Assembly (NCBI GenBank): GCA_964016885.1
Contig: OZ024741.1
Location: forward strand, 341,806,001 to 341,870,000
From: Eledone cirrhosa
Lineage: Eukaryota
DNA: 64,000 nt
Direction: 5' to 3'
Made by a program: the position numbers and the translations under genes. Numbering within the stretch: position 1 is the stretch's first letter; each line of letters starts with the position of its first letter. The notes beneath the pieces were generated by a model that ran no database searches, was not told the origin of the DNA, and was given only the letters and a program-made list of their open reading frames with translations. This document shows positions 40,104 to 53,856 of this stretch, one piece after another.

Positions 40104-40614
40104 TATATGTATATGTACACACACAAACATACATGTGTATGTTTGTGTGCATATATATATGAGTATAAATGTCTTTTGTGGTAAACAGATTAATATGGTA
40201 ATAAAGTATAATTGTCAGAAGCGATAAAACACTGTTTATAACTTGAGAAAAAAAAACGCAATAGTTAAACAGTTTGATCCCACAGTATGACACTCTGAAT
40301 AAGTATTGATTTTTACTATCAAGTCCCTGTGGGTGATATTTTCAGCAACAAAATTTGTGTTGAAGCCCTCTGGACAGTGTTTGTGCTAATATTAGGCCAA
40401 CAAGGCAACTACCTAGGAGGCAAACTTCAGAGAGGTACATTATTGAACTATAACCCTTCTTTTACAGTATTTCTAATGAAATACTTTGTATTTTAAGTAA
40501 TTACTGAGCCTTAGATGATCATGTAATATACAAGGGTGGTGTTACCATTACAGTCAACTAGATACAAAACTTTGAGAAGTACATTACAGGACCTTAAAGG
40601 ATCAGTTTTAAACA

Positions 40615-40990
40615 GGCTACCATTAAGACCAACTAGGCAGCCACCTAGGGCACAAACCTCATAGGGGTGGTGGTACCATTAAGGGTGGTGGTACCATTAA
40701 GACCAACTAGGCAGTCACCTAGGGTACAGATTCAGAGAGGTGCATTACTGAACCTTATAGGGTTGGTGGTACCATTAAGACCAACTAGGCAGTCACCTAG
40801 GGTACAGATTCAGAGAGGTGCATTACTGAACCTTATAGGGTTGGTGGTACCATTAAGACCAACTAGGCAGTCACCTAGGGTACAGATTCAGAGAGGTGCA
40901 TTACTGAACCTTATAGGGTTGGTGGTACCATTAAGACCAATTAAGCAGTCACCTAGGGTGCAGACCTCATAGAGATAAATTACTGAACAT
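40615..40990. repeat. 78-bp minisatellite, ~4.5 copies, with older diverged units from ~40390
   Basis: 26-aa period in ORF 40667..40972. Confidence 0.92.
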
Positions 40991-41056
40991 GAAAGGATCA
41001 CAGTTTCATACAAATCTGTGTAATTACCTTATATATAATACTTTTCTGATATCAAT

Positions 41057-41260
41057 ATCATCATCATCATCATCGTTTAACGTCCATTTTCCATGCTTGC
41101 ATGGGTTAGATGGGTTATCCACGTCATGAGACAAGTCTTGCCAGATTGGTCACGCCGTACCTTGCTCAGATAGAACTGTAAATTTGGCCAGGATTTTTAC
41201 AGCTGGATGCCTTTACTAACACCAACCACATTTACAATGTGGAACTGGATGGCACCAATA
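41057..41260 (-). mobile_element. RTE 3' tail fragment
   Basis: (CAT)n-CGTTTAACGTCC...CAGCTGGATGCC...ACCAACCACATTTAC. Confidence 0.82.
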
Positions 41261-41300
41261 TGAGGAGAGGCAGGCTAGTTGACTGTGCCGAATCCTTCTC

Positions 41301-43155
41301 ACATATTGTTGAGCTGACCAAATGTGATAAATACCCTGGCACACATTGTAGAGCTGACCAAATGTGCTAAATACTCTGGCACACATTGTAGAGCTGACCA
41401 AATGCGCTAAATACCCTGGCACACATTGTAGAGCTGACCAAATGAGATAAATACTCTGGCACACATTGTAGAGCTGACCAAATGTGATAAATACCCTGGT
41501 ACACATTGTAGAGCTGACCAAATGTGCTAAATACTCTGGCACACATTGTAGAGCTGACCAAATGCGCTAAATACCCTGGCACACATTGTAGAGCTGACCA
41601 AATGAGATAAATACTCTGGCACACATTGTAGAGCTGACCAAATGTGATAAATACCCTGGCACACATTGTAGAGCTGACCAAATGCGCTAAATACCCTGGT
41701 ACACATTGTAGAGCTGACCAAATGTTCTAAATACCCTGGCACATATTGTAGAGCTGACCAAATGTGCTAAATACCCTGGCACACATTGTAGAGCTGACAA
41801 GATGTGCTAAATACCCTGACACACATTGTAGAGCTGACCAAATGTGCTAAATATCCTGGCACACATTGTAGAGCTGACAAAATGTGCTAAATACCCTGGC
41901 ACACATTGTAGAGCTGACAAAATGTGCTAAATACCCTGACACACATTGTAGAGCTGACCAAATGTGCTAAATATCCTGGCACACATTGTAGAGCTGACAA
42001 AATGTGCTAAATACCCTGGCTCACATTGTAGAGCTGACCAAATGTGCTGAATACCCTGGCACACATTGTAGAGCTGACCAAATGTGCTAAATACCCTGGC
42101 ACACATTGTAGAGCTGACAAAATGTGCTAAATACCCTGACACACATTGTAGAGCTGACCAAATGTGCTAAATACCCTGGCACACATTGTAGAGCTGACCA
42201 AATGTGCTAAATACCCTGGCACACATTGTAGAGCTGACCAAATGTGCTAAATACCCTGACACACATTGTAGAGCTGACCAAATGTGCTAAATACCCTGGC
42301 ACACATTGTAGAGCTGACAAAATGTGCTAAATACCCTCACACACATTGTAGAGCTGACCAAATGTGCTAAATACCCTGGCACATATTGTAGAGCTGACCA
42401 AATGTGCTAAATACCCTGGCACACATTGTAGAGCTGACCAAATGTGATAAATACTCTGGCACACATTGTAGAGCTGACCAAATGTGATAAATACCCTGGT
42501 ACACATTGTAGAGCTGACCAAATGCGCTAAATACACTGGCACACATTGTAGAGCTGACCAAATGTTCTAAATACCCTGGCACATATTGTAGAGCTGACCA
42601 AATGTGCTAAATACCCTGGCACACATTGTAGAGCTGACAAAATGTGCTAAATACCCTGACACACATTGTAGAGCTGACCAAATGTGCTAAATATCCTGGC
42701 ACACATTGTAGAGCTGACAAAATGTGCTAAATATCCTGGCACACATTGTAGAGCTGAACAAATGTGCTAAATACCCTGGCACACATTGTAGAGCTGACCA
42801 AATGTGCTAAATACCCTGGTACACATTGTAGAGCTGACCAAATGTGCTAAATACCCTGACACACATTGTAGAGCTGACCAAATGTGCTAAATACCCTGGC
42901 ACACATTGTAGAGCTGACAAAATGTGCTAAATACCCTGACACACATTGTAGAGCTGACCAAATGTGCTAAATACCCTGGCACACATTGTAGAGCTGACAA
43001 AATGTACTAAATACCCTGACACACATTGTAGAGCTGACCAAATGTGCTAAATACCCTGGCACACATTGTAGAGCTGACCAAATGTGCTAAATACCCTGGC
43101 ACACATTGTAGAGCTGACCAAATGTGCTAAATACCCTGGCACACATTGTAGAACT
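41301..43155. repeat. 40-bp minisatellite, ~46 copies
   Basis: Unit ACACATTGTAGAGCTGACCAAATGTGCTAAATACCCTGGC. Confidence 0.98.
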
Positions 43156-43383
43156 AAGCCTAGGACACTAAATATTCAGACACCTGCTCTGCCATCACCA
43201 CAACCACCTCCACTTGTTATGTAAACAATCTATGATGTGTTCAATCAAGCTAAACACAATAAACACTATTGATTTATTGAAAAATGTCATTAAAAATTAA
43301 CGAATAACAATTATCTTCTAAATTGCTCATAGTTAATTATTTTTACATATATTGTTTTTATATTCTACAATGTCTCATCTTTA

Positions 43384-44170
43384 TGGTGGTGGTGAGATGG
43401 CAGTGGAGGGGTTGGTGTTGGTGGTGGTAGTGGTAGTGCAGATGATGGTGGGCGGTGTTGGTGGTGTTTTTAGTGATGGTGATGGTAGTGGTGGTGGAGG
43501 TGGAGATGATGGTGATGGTGATGATAGTGGTGGAGGTGGTGATGATGGAGGTGGTAATAGTGATGGTGGTGGTAGTGGTGGTGGAGATGATGGTGATGGA
43601 GGTGGTGGTGGTGATGATAGTGATGGAGGAGGTGATGATGGTGGTGGTGACAGTGATGGTAGTAGTGGTGGAGGTGGTGGTGATAATGGTGGAGGTGGTG
43701 ATGATAGTGGTTGTGATAGTGATCGTGGTGGTAGTGGTGGTGTTAGAGGTGGAGATGATGGTGATGGAGGTGGTGATGATAGTGGTGATGATGGTGGTGG
43801 TGATAGTGATGGTAGTAGTTAGTGGTGTTAGAGGTGGAGATGATTGTGATGGAGGTGGTGATGATAGTGATGGTAGTAGTAGTAGTAGTGGTGTAGGTGG
43901 TTGTGGAGGTGGTGGTGATGGTGGTGGAGGCAGTGATGATGGTGGTGGTGATAGGGATGGTAGTAGTAGTAGTGGTGGAGGTGGTAGTGGAGATAGTGAT
44001 GGAGGTGATGATGATGATGGTGGTGGTGATAGTGATGATAGTGTTAGTGGATGTAAAGGTAATGGAGGTTGTGGTAGTGTAGTGGTGTAGATGGTGATGA
44101 TGGTGGTGGTAGTAGTGGTGGAGGTAAAGGTGATGGTGATAGTAGTGGTAGAGGTAAAGGTGATGGTGGT
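43384..44170. repeat. (GGT/GAT)n low-complexity tract
   Basis: Direct reading; open in several frames. Confidence 0.92.
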
Positions 44171-44782
44171 TATCTTCACTACTATCCTAACTATTATATC
44201 ACCATTACCCCTCCCACCATTACCCTCCCACCATTACCCCTCCCACCATCATCCCTATCACCCTGTCACTTTCTGCTCTAGTCTTCTGTACTTTCATCAT
44301 TCTTCTTCACCCTTCACCCTATGTGTGTGTGTATGTGCATGTGTTTGTATGTGTCTGTGAATGTGTGTGTGTTTGTGTGTGTTTGTATGTATGTGTGTGT
44401 ATGTTTGTGTGTGTGTGTTTGAATGTGCGTGTGTGTTTGTATGTGTGTGAATTTTTGTGTGTGTGTTTGTATGTGTGTATTTGTATGTGTGTGTTTGTAT
44501 GTGTGTGTGTTGGTGTGTATGTATGTATGTATGTATGTATATATGTGTGTGTGTGTTTATCTATGTACTCTGTCAATCTGATTTGTTGTCAAAGTATCAG
44601 CCAGTAAGACTGAGTTCCTGAGTAGTTAGTAGTTCAATCAATATCTTAGGATGCAACATGAGGTCACAAGTCTGATGCCAGTGCCATTGACCATAGTGTA
44701 CAGTTGACCCATACCTTGTGTGTGAGAATACTGTTTGGGAGCCCATCAGATTGACTGGACATGGAATTCAAAAGGCTAGTCT

Positions 44783-45352
44783 TGTCACACAGTGTGTCAC
44801 ACCACGTGTCACACAGTGTGTCGCACAGTGTGTCGCACAGTGTGCCGCACAGTGTGTGACAGTATGACACACAATATGTTAGTGTTTCACATAGTGTGAC
44901 ACACTGTGTCGCATACTGTTTTGCTCAGTGTGTCACACAGTGTATCACACTGTGTCACATGGTGTGTCACATGGTGTGTTACACAGTGTGTCACACAGTG
45001 TGTCATACAGTGTGTCACACAGTGTGTCATACAGTGTGTCACACAATGTGTCACACAGTGTGTCAAACACTGTGTCACACAGTGTGTCCCATGGCCTGTC
45101 ACACTGTGTTGCAAGGCGTGTCACGCAGTGTGTCTCACAGTGTGTCATACAGCGTGTCACACAGTGTGTCACATGGTGTGTCACAGTGTGTCATACAGTG
45201 TGTGACACAGTGTGTCCCACGGCCTGTCATACTGTGTCGCAAGGTATGTTACACTGTGTCTCACAACATATCACCCTGTGTCGCATGGCATGTCACACTG
45301 TGTCACACTGTCGCACAGCATGTCACACTGTGTTGCATGGCGTGTCACACTG
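44783..45352. repeat. ~12-bp quasi-palindromic repeat (TGTGTCACACAG)n
   Basis: Direct reading. Confidence 0.88.
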
Positions 45353-45586
45353 AATCAACCTGAGAATTATGTGACAGGTACAAGTGTCTGTAGAATACCC
45401 AGCCACTTACAGTCTAATGTCTCTGAGAATTACTTTAATGATACATGTATTTAGTCTGTGGAATGCTCAGCCACTTACAGTACAATACATGATTGACTAT
45501 ACCTGTAATTCACAAACAAGCCTTGTCACACACACTGTCATATTGAATCTCCTTGAAAATTACATTAAGGACACATGTGTCTAGTC

Positions 45587-47252
45587 CAGGCATTGGCAAC
45601 CTTGCTCGAACAGTGGGCCGCATAGGATGTGACTCATCACAAGGTGGACCGCATGGGTTGTCTCATCATAAAGCAGGCCATACAGGATGTGACTCATCAT
45701 AAGGTGGACCATATAGCATGTGGCTCATCATAAGGCAGGCCACATAGGATGTGACTCATCATAATGTGAACCATATAGCATGTGGCTCACCATAAGGCAG
45801 GCCACATAGGATGTGGATCATCATAAGGTGGACCATATAGGATGTGGCTCATCATAAGGCAGGCCATATAGGATGTGGCTCATCATAAGGCAGGCCATAT
45901 AGGATGTGGCTCATCATAAGGCAGGCCATATAGCATGTGGCTCACCATAAGGCAGGCCACATAGGATGTGGATCATCATAAGGTGGACCATATAGGATGT
46001 GGCTTATCATAAGGCAGGCCACATAGGATGTGGCTCATCATAAGGAAGGCCATATAGGATGTGTTTCATCATAAGGTAGGCCATATAGGATGTGGCTCAT
46101 CATAAGGCAGGCCATATAGGATGTGGCTCATCATAAGGCAGGCCATATAGGATGTGGCTCATCATAAGGCAGGCCACATAGGATGTGGCTCATCATAAGG
46201 CAGGCCATATAGGATGTGTTTCATCATAAGGTAGGCCATATAGGATGTGGCTCATCATAAGGCAGGCCATATAGGATGTGGCTCATCATAAGGCAGGCCA
46301 TATAGGATGTGGCTCATCATAAGGTAGACCATATAGGATGTGGCTCATCATAAGGCAGGCCATATAGGATGTGGCTCATCATAAGGCAGGCCATATAGGA
46401 TGTGGCTCATCATAAGGCAGGCCATATAGGATGTGGCTCATCATAAGGCAGGCCATATAGGATGTGGCTCACCATAAGGCAGGCCATATAGGATGTGGCT
46501 CATCATAAGGTGGGCCATATAGGATGTGGCTCATCATAAGGCAGGCCATATAGGATGTGGCTCATCATAAGGCAGGCCACATAGGATGTGGCTCATCATA
46601 AGGAAGGCCATATAGGATGTGGCTCATCATAAGGTGGGCCATATAGGATGTGTCTCATCATAAGGCAGGCCACATAGGATGTGTCTCATCATAAGGTGGA
46701 CCATATAGGATGTGGCTCATCATAAGGCAGGCCATATAGGATGTGTCTCATCATAAGGAAGGCCATATAGGATGTGGCTCATCATAAGGTGGGCCATATA
46801 GGATGTGACTCATCATAAGGTGGGCCATATAGGATGTGGCTCATCATAAGGTGGGCCACATAGGATGTGACTCATCATAAGGTGGGCCACATAGGATGTG
46901 GCTCATCATAAGGTGGGCCACATAGGATGTGACTCATCATAAGGAAGGCCATATAGGATGTGGCTCATCATAAGGTGGGCCACATAGGATGTGGCTCATC
47001 ATAAGGTGGACCATATAGGATGTGGCTCATCATAAGGCAGGCCATACAGGATGTGGCTCATCATGAGGTGGGCCGCATAGGATGTGGATCATCAGAGGAT
47101 GTGGCTCATCATAGGCAGGCCACATAGGATGTGGCTCATCATAAGGTGGTCCACACTACTAAAAAATTCAAGACAATTTTGAAACTAGACATGCCATTCA
47201 GGAACCCAAATGGATCTCATGCAGCTTACAGGCCTCAGTTTTCCCATGACTG
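45587..47252. mobile_element. hAT (Charlie-like) MITE expanded by an internal minisatellite
   Basis: TIRs CAGGCATTGGCAACCT / AGTTTTCCCATGACTG; exact 8-bp TSD GTCTAGTC at 45579 and 47253. Confidence 0.85.
45620..47152. repeat. 31-bp minisatellite, ~49 copies
   Basis: Unit ATAGGATGTGGCTCATCATAAGGCAGGCCAT. Confidence 0.98.
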
Positions 47253-48317
47253 GTCTAGTCTGTAGAATGCTTAGCCACTTGCATGTTAATTTTTGTGAGC
47301 AGCCTGCACCATTGATTGAAAAACTGAACCACACATCATCATTGATACTAATGGAGGACCAACACACACACAAACACAACTAACACCACAACACATCACA
47401 TCACCCCATTCAATGTCCATTAACAATCCCCCACCACCACTATCACTGCCACCACTATTACCATCATCACCATCACCACAAAACCACCACCACCAACCCC
47501 ACATATATAACTACTACCACCACCACTACCACCACAACCACACCCTCCATCACTATACAGGACCACCACACCCTTCTTCACCCCCCCCCCCCCCCACACA
47601 CACACCACTACCATGTCCTCCATCACCACACACCACCACACACACCACTACACACCCCACGCCCTCCATCACCACACACCACCACCACTACCACCCCACA
47701 CCACCACCACCACCACTACCACCCCCTTTAAGTGTCCATTAGTTAGCAGATCAATCACTGCTAACATGAAGGTGATTGTCTACTGTGTAAGTTTCCAAAC
47801 AAGTTTTCTTGTAAAACCCCCACACTCTCTCTCTCTCAGGCTCTCAGACACACTCTCTCTCTAATTCTCCCTCTCTGACTCACCCTCTCTCTCCCTTTCT
47901 CTTCCTCTCTCTCTATCCCACCCTCTATCTTTATCACTATCTCTATCCTCTATCTCACTCTCTTCCAATCTCTATCTCTCTCTATCTGTCTATCCCAGCC
48001 CACTCTCTCTCTCTCTTTCTATCTCTCACTCTTTCCCTATCTCTCCCTCCCCTCTCTCTCCTTATCACAATACCCCTCTCTATATCCCTCCATCTCTCTC
48101 TATCATCCTCCTCTCTCTCTCCCTATCACTATCCCCCTCTCTATCTCCCCCTCTCTCGTTCCTTTTCCTCCATTAATCAATGGCCAAACAATGTACATTC
48201 TCCATAAATTCTAGTTTCAACTGACTTTTCAGGTTTATATATTGCTGACTGTGTTCTGTTCTGTTGCCAGGTCAAAAGTAGGAGTGGCGTGCTTGGACAC
48301 TTCATGGCACTCTCATT

Positions 48318-49805
48318 GTCATCATCACCATCAACATCATGAACATTGTCATCATCACCACCATCATCACCATCAACATAATCATCACCATCATCATCAA
48401 CATAATCATCACCATCAGCATAATCATCACCATCACCATCATCATCACCATCATCATCACCATCAGCATAATCATTACCATCATCATCACCATCATCATC
48501 ACCATCAGCATAATCATTACCATCATCATCACCATCAACATAATCATCACCATCATCATCATCATCAATATGAACACTTTCATCACCATCATCACCACCA
48601 CCATGATCATCATCATCATCATCATCACCATCATCATCACCATCACCATCATGAATATGAGCACTATCATCATAATCATCACCATCATCATCACCATCAT
48701 GAATATGAGCACTATCATCATAATCATCACCATCATCATCACCATCATGAATATGAGCACTATCATCATAATCATCACATTCATCATCACCATCATGAAT
48801 ATGAGCACTATCATCATAATCATCACCATCATGAATATGAGCACTATCATCATAATCATCACATTCATCATCACCATCATGAATATGAGCACTATCATCA
48901 TAATCATCATCATAATCATCACCATCATGAATATGAGCACTATCATCATAATCATCACATTCATCATCACCATCATGAATATGAGCACTATCATCATAAT
49001 CATCATCATCACCATCACCATCATGAATATGAACACTATCATCATAATCATCACCATCATTGTAATTCAAATGTTTATAGTATCTTTACTATTAGACAGA
49101 TTGTTGTGAAAATTTGCAGTACTAGAATTTTTTTCAACACACTGACACATATGTATATATGTGTGTGCGTGTCTGTATGTGCATATGCATACATTTATAT
49201 GTATGAGTATAGAAATATAAACGCGCAAACAGACGCACTTACAAATCACCATCTCCTTCCTTCCTTTTACACACACATATTTTCATGCATGCAGCAGATG
49301 TAAAGAGAGAGGAGTAGTATGAGGTAGCTAAACTACTCCTCTCTCTTTACATGTGGCAGAATTGTAGAAATTTATATATAGATAATAAAATAAATACTAT
49401 CATCATAATCATCACCATCATCATCAACACCATCATATGAACACTATCATCACCACAATCCCCATCACTATCATGAATATAAACACTATCATCATAATCA
49501 TAACCCTCATCAACATTATTATCATCACCAACATTATCATCAACATTATCATCACCAACATTATCATCACCAGCATTATCATCACCAACATTATCATCAC
49601 CAACAATATCATCACCAACATTATCATCACCAACATTATCATCACCAGCATTATCATCACCAACAATATCATCACCAACAATATCATCACCAACATTATC
49701 ATCACCAACATTATCACCAACATTATCACCAACATTACCATCACCAACATTACCATCACCAACATTATCATCACCAACAACATCAGCACCAACAACATCA
49801 GCACT
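48318..49805. repeat. (CAT/CAC)n-rich tracts with higher-order units
   Basis: 48318-49060 (recurrent ATGAATATGAGCACTATCATC) and 49395-49805. Confidence 0.92.
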
Positions 49806-50225
49806 AGGACTATTTTTCAAGAATGTCTTGTTAATGTGGCTTCATGTGGTGCAAGATCTTAAAAGAAAAAATCCTCTTGTACACGTTCAGGACACTAGGA
49901 GAAAGAAACTTGGTTATTAAAGTCGGTTCATAGGAATATATTTTATCATAATACCCATAGAATTATACAAATAATGTTGTATCTGTTCTGTCTAACATCT
50001 TCCTTTCTCTAGAATATTGATGATTCATCTGATATATAAAAAAAAAAATGTTTCTTTTAAGCCAATGTTAGTTGATATTTGTTTTCAGATGTAAATAGTG
50101 AGTTAGCTTGGTGAACCTTTTTATCAAACTACAAAAGAAATTGTTAGATTAAGTGTTTCAAAGGATTTCATCAACTTTATTCTATGATATCAATATTAGT
50201 GCAGCTTCTTTCACCTTTATATCAT

Positions 50226-50262
<37 letters not shown>

Positions 50263-50269
<7 letters not shown>

Positions 50270-50520
50270 GTTTGGAGTTAGAAGGCCAGAACAATGCAGG
50301 TATGGATATAGAATATAAATACAAATGCTTTGGCAAGCTAATTAGAACATTGGATTAACCCCTTTACTTCCCTCCGAAGAAGAGATATTATCTCGAAAAT
50401 TAAGGATATTCAAATAAATTTAAGATAAACGACTAATTGTCAGCGATATCTTTTGCATTTGTATTTATATTCTATATCCATACCTGCATTGTTCTGGCCT
50501 TCTAACTTCAAACGTTTATA
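50263..50520. repeat. Fold-back element with 66-bp inverted arms in (TA)n
   Basis: 50263-50328 versus 50455-50520, one mismatch seen; spacer holds CCGAAGA-GAGAT/ATCTC-GAAA-AT-TA motif. Confidence 0.92.
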
Positions 50521-50552
50521 CCTCACTACGCAATGCTTCAAGTAAACTTCCT

Positions 50553-50637
<85 letters not shown>

Positions 50638-50871
50638 TTTCCATGATTGCATGGATTAGATAGATTATCACATTCTGAGGCCTGACTGGTCTGGTGACGG
50701 TGTCTCATACATTCTATTCTGAAAATGGTTTCTTTGGCTGAATGCCCTTCCTGGCACCATCCACTTCATGGTATTGGGTGCATTTTATCAAAGCACCACC
50801 ACAAAATTGATAGGTAAAGCCATGAACTGTAGGTAAAGTTAAATTATTTGGTAAAAGAGAACACTGAGCTA

Positions 50872-51340
50872 CATCATCATTGTTTTTATGTTTGTTTTTC
50901 TATGCATGCATGGACTGGACAGGTCCTTATCAGCATCTTTCCATACATTGCAATCCTTCATCATCTCCACTGTGAGTTTCAGTGATTTGAGATCAGTTCT
51001 CACCACTTATGCCAAATTCTTCCTTGGCCTTCCTTTACTGTGGCTTCCCTCCATTGGGATTTCTTGGCATTTCTTCACACAGCGATCACCATCCATGTGC
51101 ATTCCGTCCATACCAAAGCAGTCTCCTCTCTTGCACACCATTTCAGATTGCTTTAATACCCAGTTTTTCTCTCAGTTCATCCAGGCTCTGTCGTTCTCTT
51201 ACATTAACATTGCACATCTATCAAAGCATGCTTGCTTCATTTCTCTCCAACCTGTGCATATCTTCTGCAGTCACTGCCCATGTTTCAAAACCATGCAGTA
51301 TAGCACTTTGCACACAGGTGACATACAGCCAGCCTTACAT
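50872..51340 (-). mobile_element. Decayed RTE LINE 3' fragment
   Basis: Homologous to 20880-21240; tail at 50872-50925. Confidence 0.8.
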
Positions 51341-51456
51341 TTATATATATATATATATATATAAATGTCAGGCTGGCTGTATGTCACTTCCACAACTATA
51401 TATAGTGTGGTGTGGTGTGGTCATGACAACATGTATAAGATTACATTCACTATACA

Positions 51457-51621
<165 letters not shown>

Positions 51622-51722
51622 GGTAATTCCGAAGGAAAAGCAAAGGAAAAAAGAGTACTCTATGTATAGAAAAGAGCTATTTAATTAGAAATTGAACAAC
51701 ACAAAATATAACTACTCCATTA

Positions 51723-52187
51723 GTGAAGGCGCATAGCTTAGTGGTTAGAGCATTGGGCTTGCAATCGAAAGGTTGTGAGTTCAATTCTCGGACCGGGTGA
51801 TGTGTTGTTTCCTTGAGCAAGACACTTTATTTCACATTGCTCCAGTTTACTCAGCTGTAGAAATGAGATGATAGGACTGGCATCCGTATCATTCCACTGC
51901 AAAAGTGGTCGTGGAGGTGCCACGGCAAAAAAGCACCCAGCCCACAGTGTAAAGTGGACGTGTAGGCGCCACGGAAAAAAAAAAAAGAAAAAGCACCCAG
52001 CACCCAGCACTCATTGTAAATGAGATTGGTGTTAGGAAGGGCATCCAGCTGTAGAAATCAAGCCAGAATCAGTTCCCGTATGAGTAAAACAAGGTCAGTC
52101 GACTGAACACTGCCCACAACAGGACAACCCGTCTAACCCATGGTAGCATGGAAGAACGAACGCAAAACGGTGATGATGATGATGATG
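51723..52187 (+). mobile_element. tRNA-derived SINE family B, full length
   Basis: A/B boxes, RTE tail, (GAT)n; ATTA duplicated at both junctions. Confidence 0.93.
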
Positions 52188-52250
52188 ATTACCTAAGGTT
52201 CTGGATCATAGAAGATAATAATATATGTCTGGATTGGTCGTCAGACAGAG
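52188..52250 (-). ncRNA. Hammerhead motif (left arm), disrupted
   Basis: Minus strand CTCTGT-CTGACGA-stem II-GAA-CCTTAGG-TA-AT, then the SINE. Confidence 0.55.
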
Positions 52251-52303
52251 ATGTTATAGATAAAAGATATAAAATGAGATTTCATATCTTTTATCTATAA
52301 CAT

Positions 52304-52371
52304 CTCTATTTGATGACCGAACCAGACGTATATTATTATCGTCTGTGATCCAGAAACCTTTGGTAATGGAG
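52304..52371 (+). ncRNA. Hammerhead motif (right arm), C3-to-T variant
   Basis: CTCTAT-TTGATGA-[CAGACG/CGTCTG]-GAAA-CCTTTGG-TA-ATGGAG. Confidence 0.65.
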
Positions 52372-53015
52372 TAGTTATATTTTGTGTTGTTCAATTTCTA
52401 ATTATATATATATATATATATATAAACACGAGTAAGAAGTAAGTATAAGGTTGTATCAAATATGTACCAACACAGGTATCTAGATTTATATACACAGAGA
52501 CACACAGACAGAGAGAGAGAGAGAGACATGTATATATATTTTTTCTTTCCTAAATATATTTTTTTAAATAATATATTAGAAAAAAATATAGAATTATCGA
52601 TATTTGACTGAACTGCCATGAGTGACAGTAATGATAAAGATACAAGCTATGGGCGAAGAGATGGCTAATATCATTGTTTTCTTTCTTTCTTGTTTCTTTC
52701 TGTCTTTGTTTATTACCTATCCAGGGATAGACAGATTCTTAAGAGATGGAACCTTATCTGGAAGGTCTTGATTTTGTTAAATATTATTGCAAATCTGTTT
52801 GCACATTTGATTTTATTTGTAGATTTAGGTTTGCGTATATATCATTTAATCTTAATTATGTTTTGCATCCAATTGTGTATATTTATATTTATGTGTATAT
52901 AGATAATGATATCAAAGTTTATGCCTTTTATGTTGCCTTTTGATATCGTATTATGTTTTTCATCAAGGGCTTATTTCACTTATTACTTTAATGGCTTGGG
53001 TATTTTTTTTATTTT

Positions 53016-53102
53016 TTATGTTGTATTATACAAACTAAACTCCCTGATGCACATCACATCATTATGTGCATCAGGAAGTCTAGTTTGTATAATACAACAT
53101 AA
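53016..53102. repeat. Hairpin palindrome with 39-bp arms
   Basis: TTATGTTGTATTATACAAACTA...GATGCACAT and its reverse complement, 9-nt loop. Confidence 0.9.
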
Positions 53103-53412
53103 TTTGAGGTTTTAAAGTCAGAGACAACAAGAGAAGGTGGAGCACAGCCTATTACATAACAGGGTTGTACTAGCTGCAGATAATAATAGCCTTTTTTGGC
53201 TTTATTACATAGAAACTACATATGACAGCTTTAGCCTGATAACATCTATCCTCCCCATTTGGGAAGGTGGGTGGTCTGTGTTTGGTTTGCCAAAATTGAA
53301 GGGTAAGTGAGGTTTGGTTTGGCAGGAGTCATGAGTGCAGGTTGCCATTTGGTTTAGGGTGCTTGCTGAGTATTTGTGGTCTGATTGAAGCAATAACAAT
53401 CTTATTTATATA

Positions 53413-53485
<73 letters not shown>

Positions 53486-53610
53486 TAGCAAAATTAGATT
53501 AAAGATGCCATATTTGAGAATATCAGAAGCATGCACTGTGGAATATCAGAAGCATGCACTGTGGAATAATCTCAAAGATTCCAAGTAATAAACTCGAGCA
53601 TTTATTAACA

Positions 53611-53856
53611 TTAAATTAAAAGTCGAATTACATATATACTTAAAATAAAGATATCAAGCAATTACAGGGGATAATTTGTAAACAGTGTAAACACACATAG
53701 TTACAGAGGTAACATATTAAAAAATTAACAAAGTTCTTGTTAATTTTTAATAAGTTACCTCAGTAACTATGTGTGTTTACACTCTTTAAAAATTATCCCT
53801 TGTAATTGTTTCATATCTTTATTTTATATATATATGTAATTCGACTTTTAATTCAA
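53611..53856. repeat. Fold-back element with ~120-bp inverted arms, (TA)n-flanked
   Basis: e.g. GTGTAAACACACATAGTTAC / GTAACTATGTGTGTTTACAC. Confidence 0.9.

Larger units (their letters stand above)
51682..52404. repeat. Fold-back element (~125-bp arms) with left arm split by a SINE
   Basis: 51682-51722 plus 52192-52274 is the reverse complement of ~52280-52404. Confidence 0.9.

Noticed and set aside
43352-44179. Gly/Asp-rich ORF
   Set aside because: (GGT/GAT)n low-complexity sequence, open in multiple frames.
48177-49303. His-rich (353 aa, +) and Asp-rich (297 aa, -) ORFs suggesting beak or biomineral proteins
   Set aside because: A (CAT)n-derived tract open in at least four frames, with no signal peptide and no Gly/His motifs of known beak proteins.
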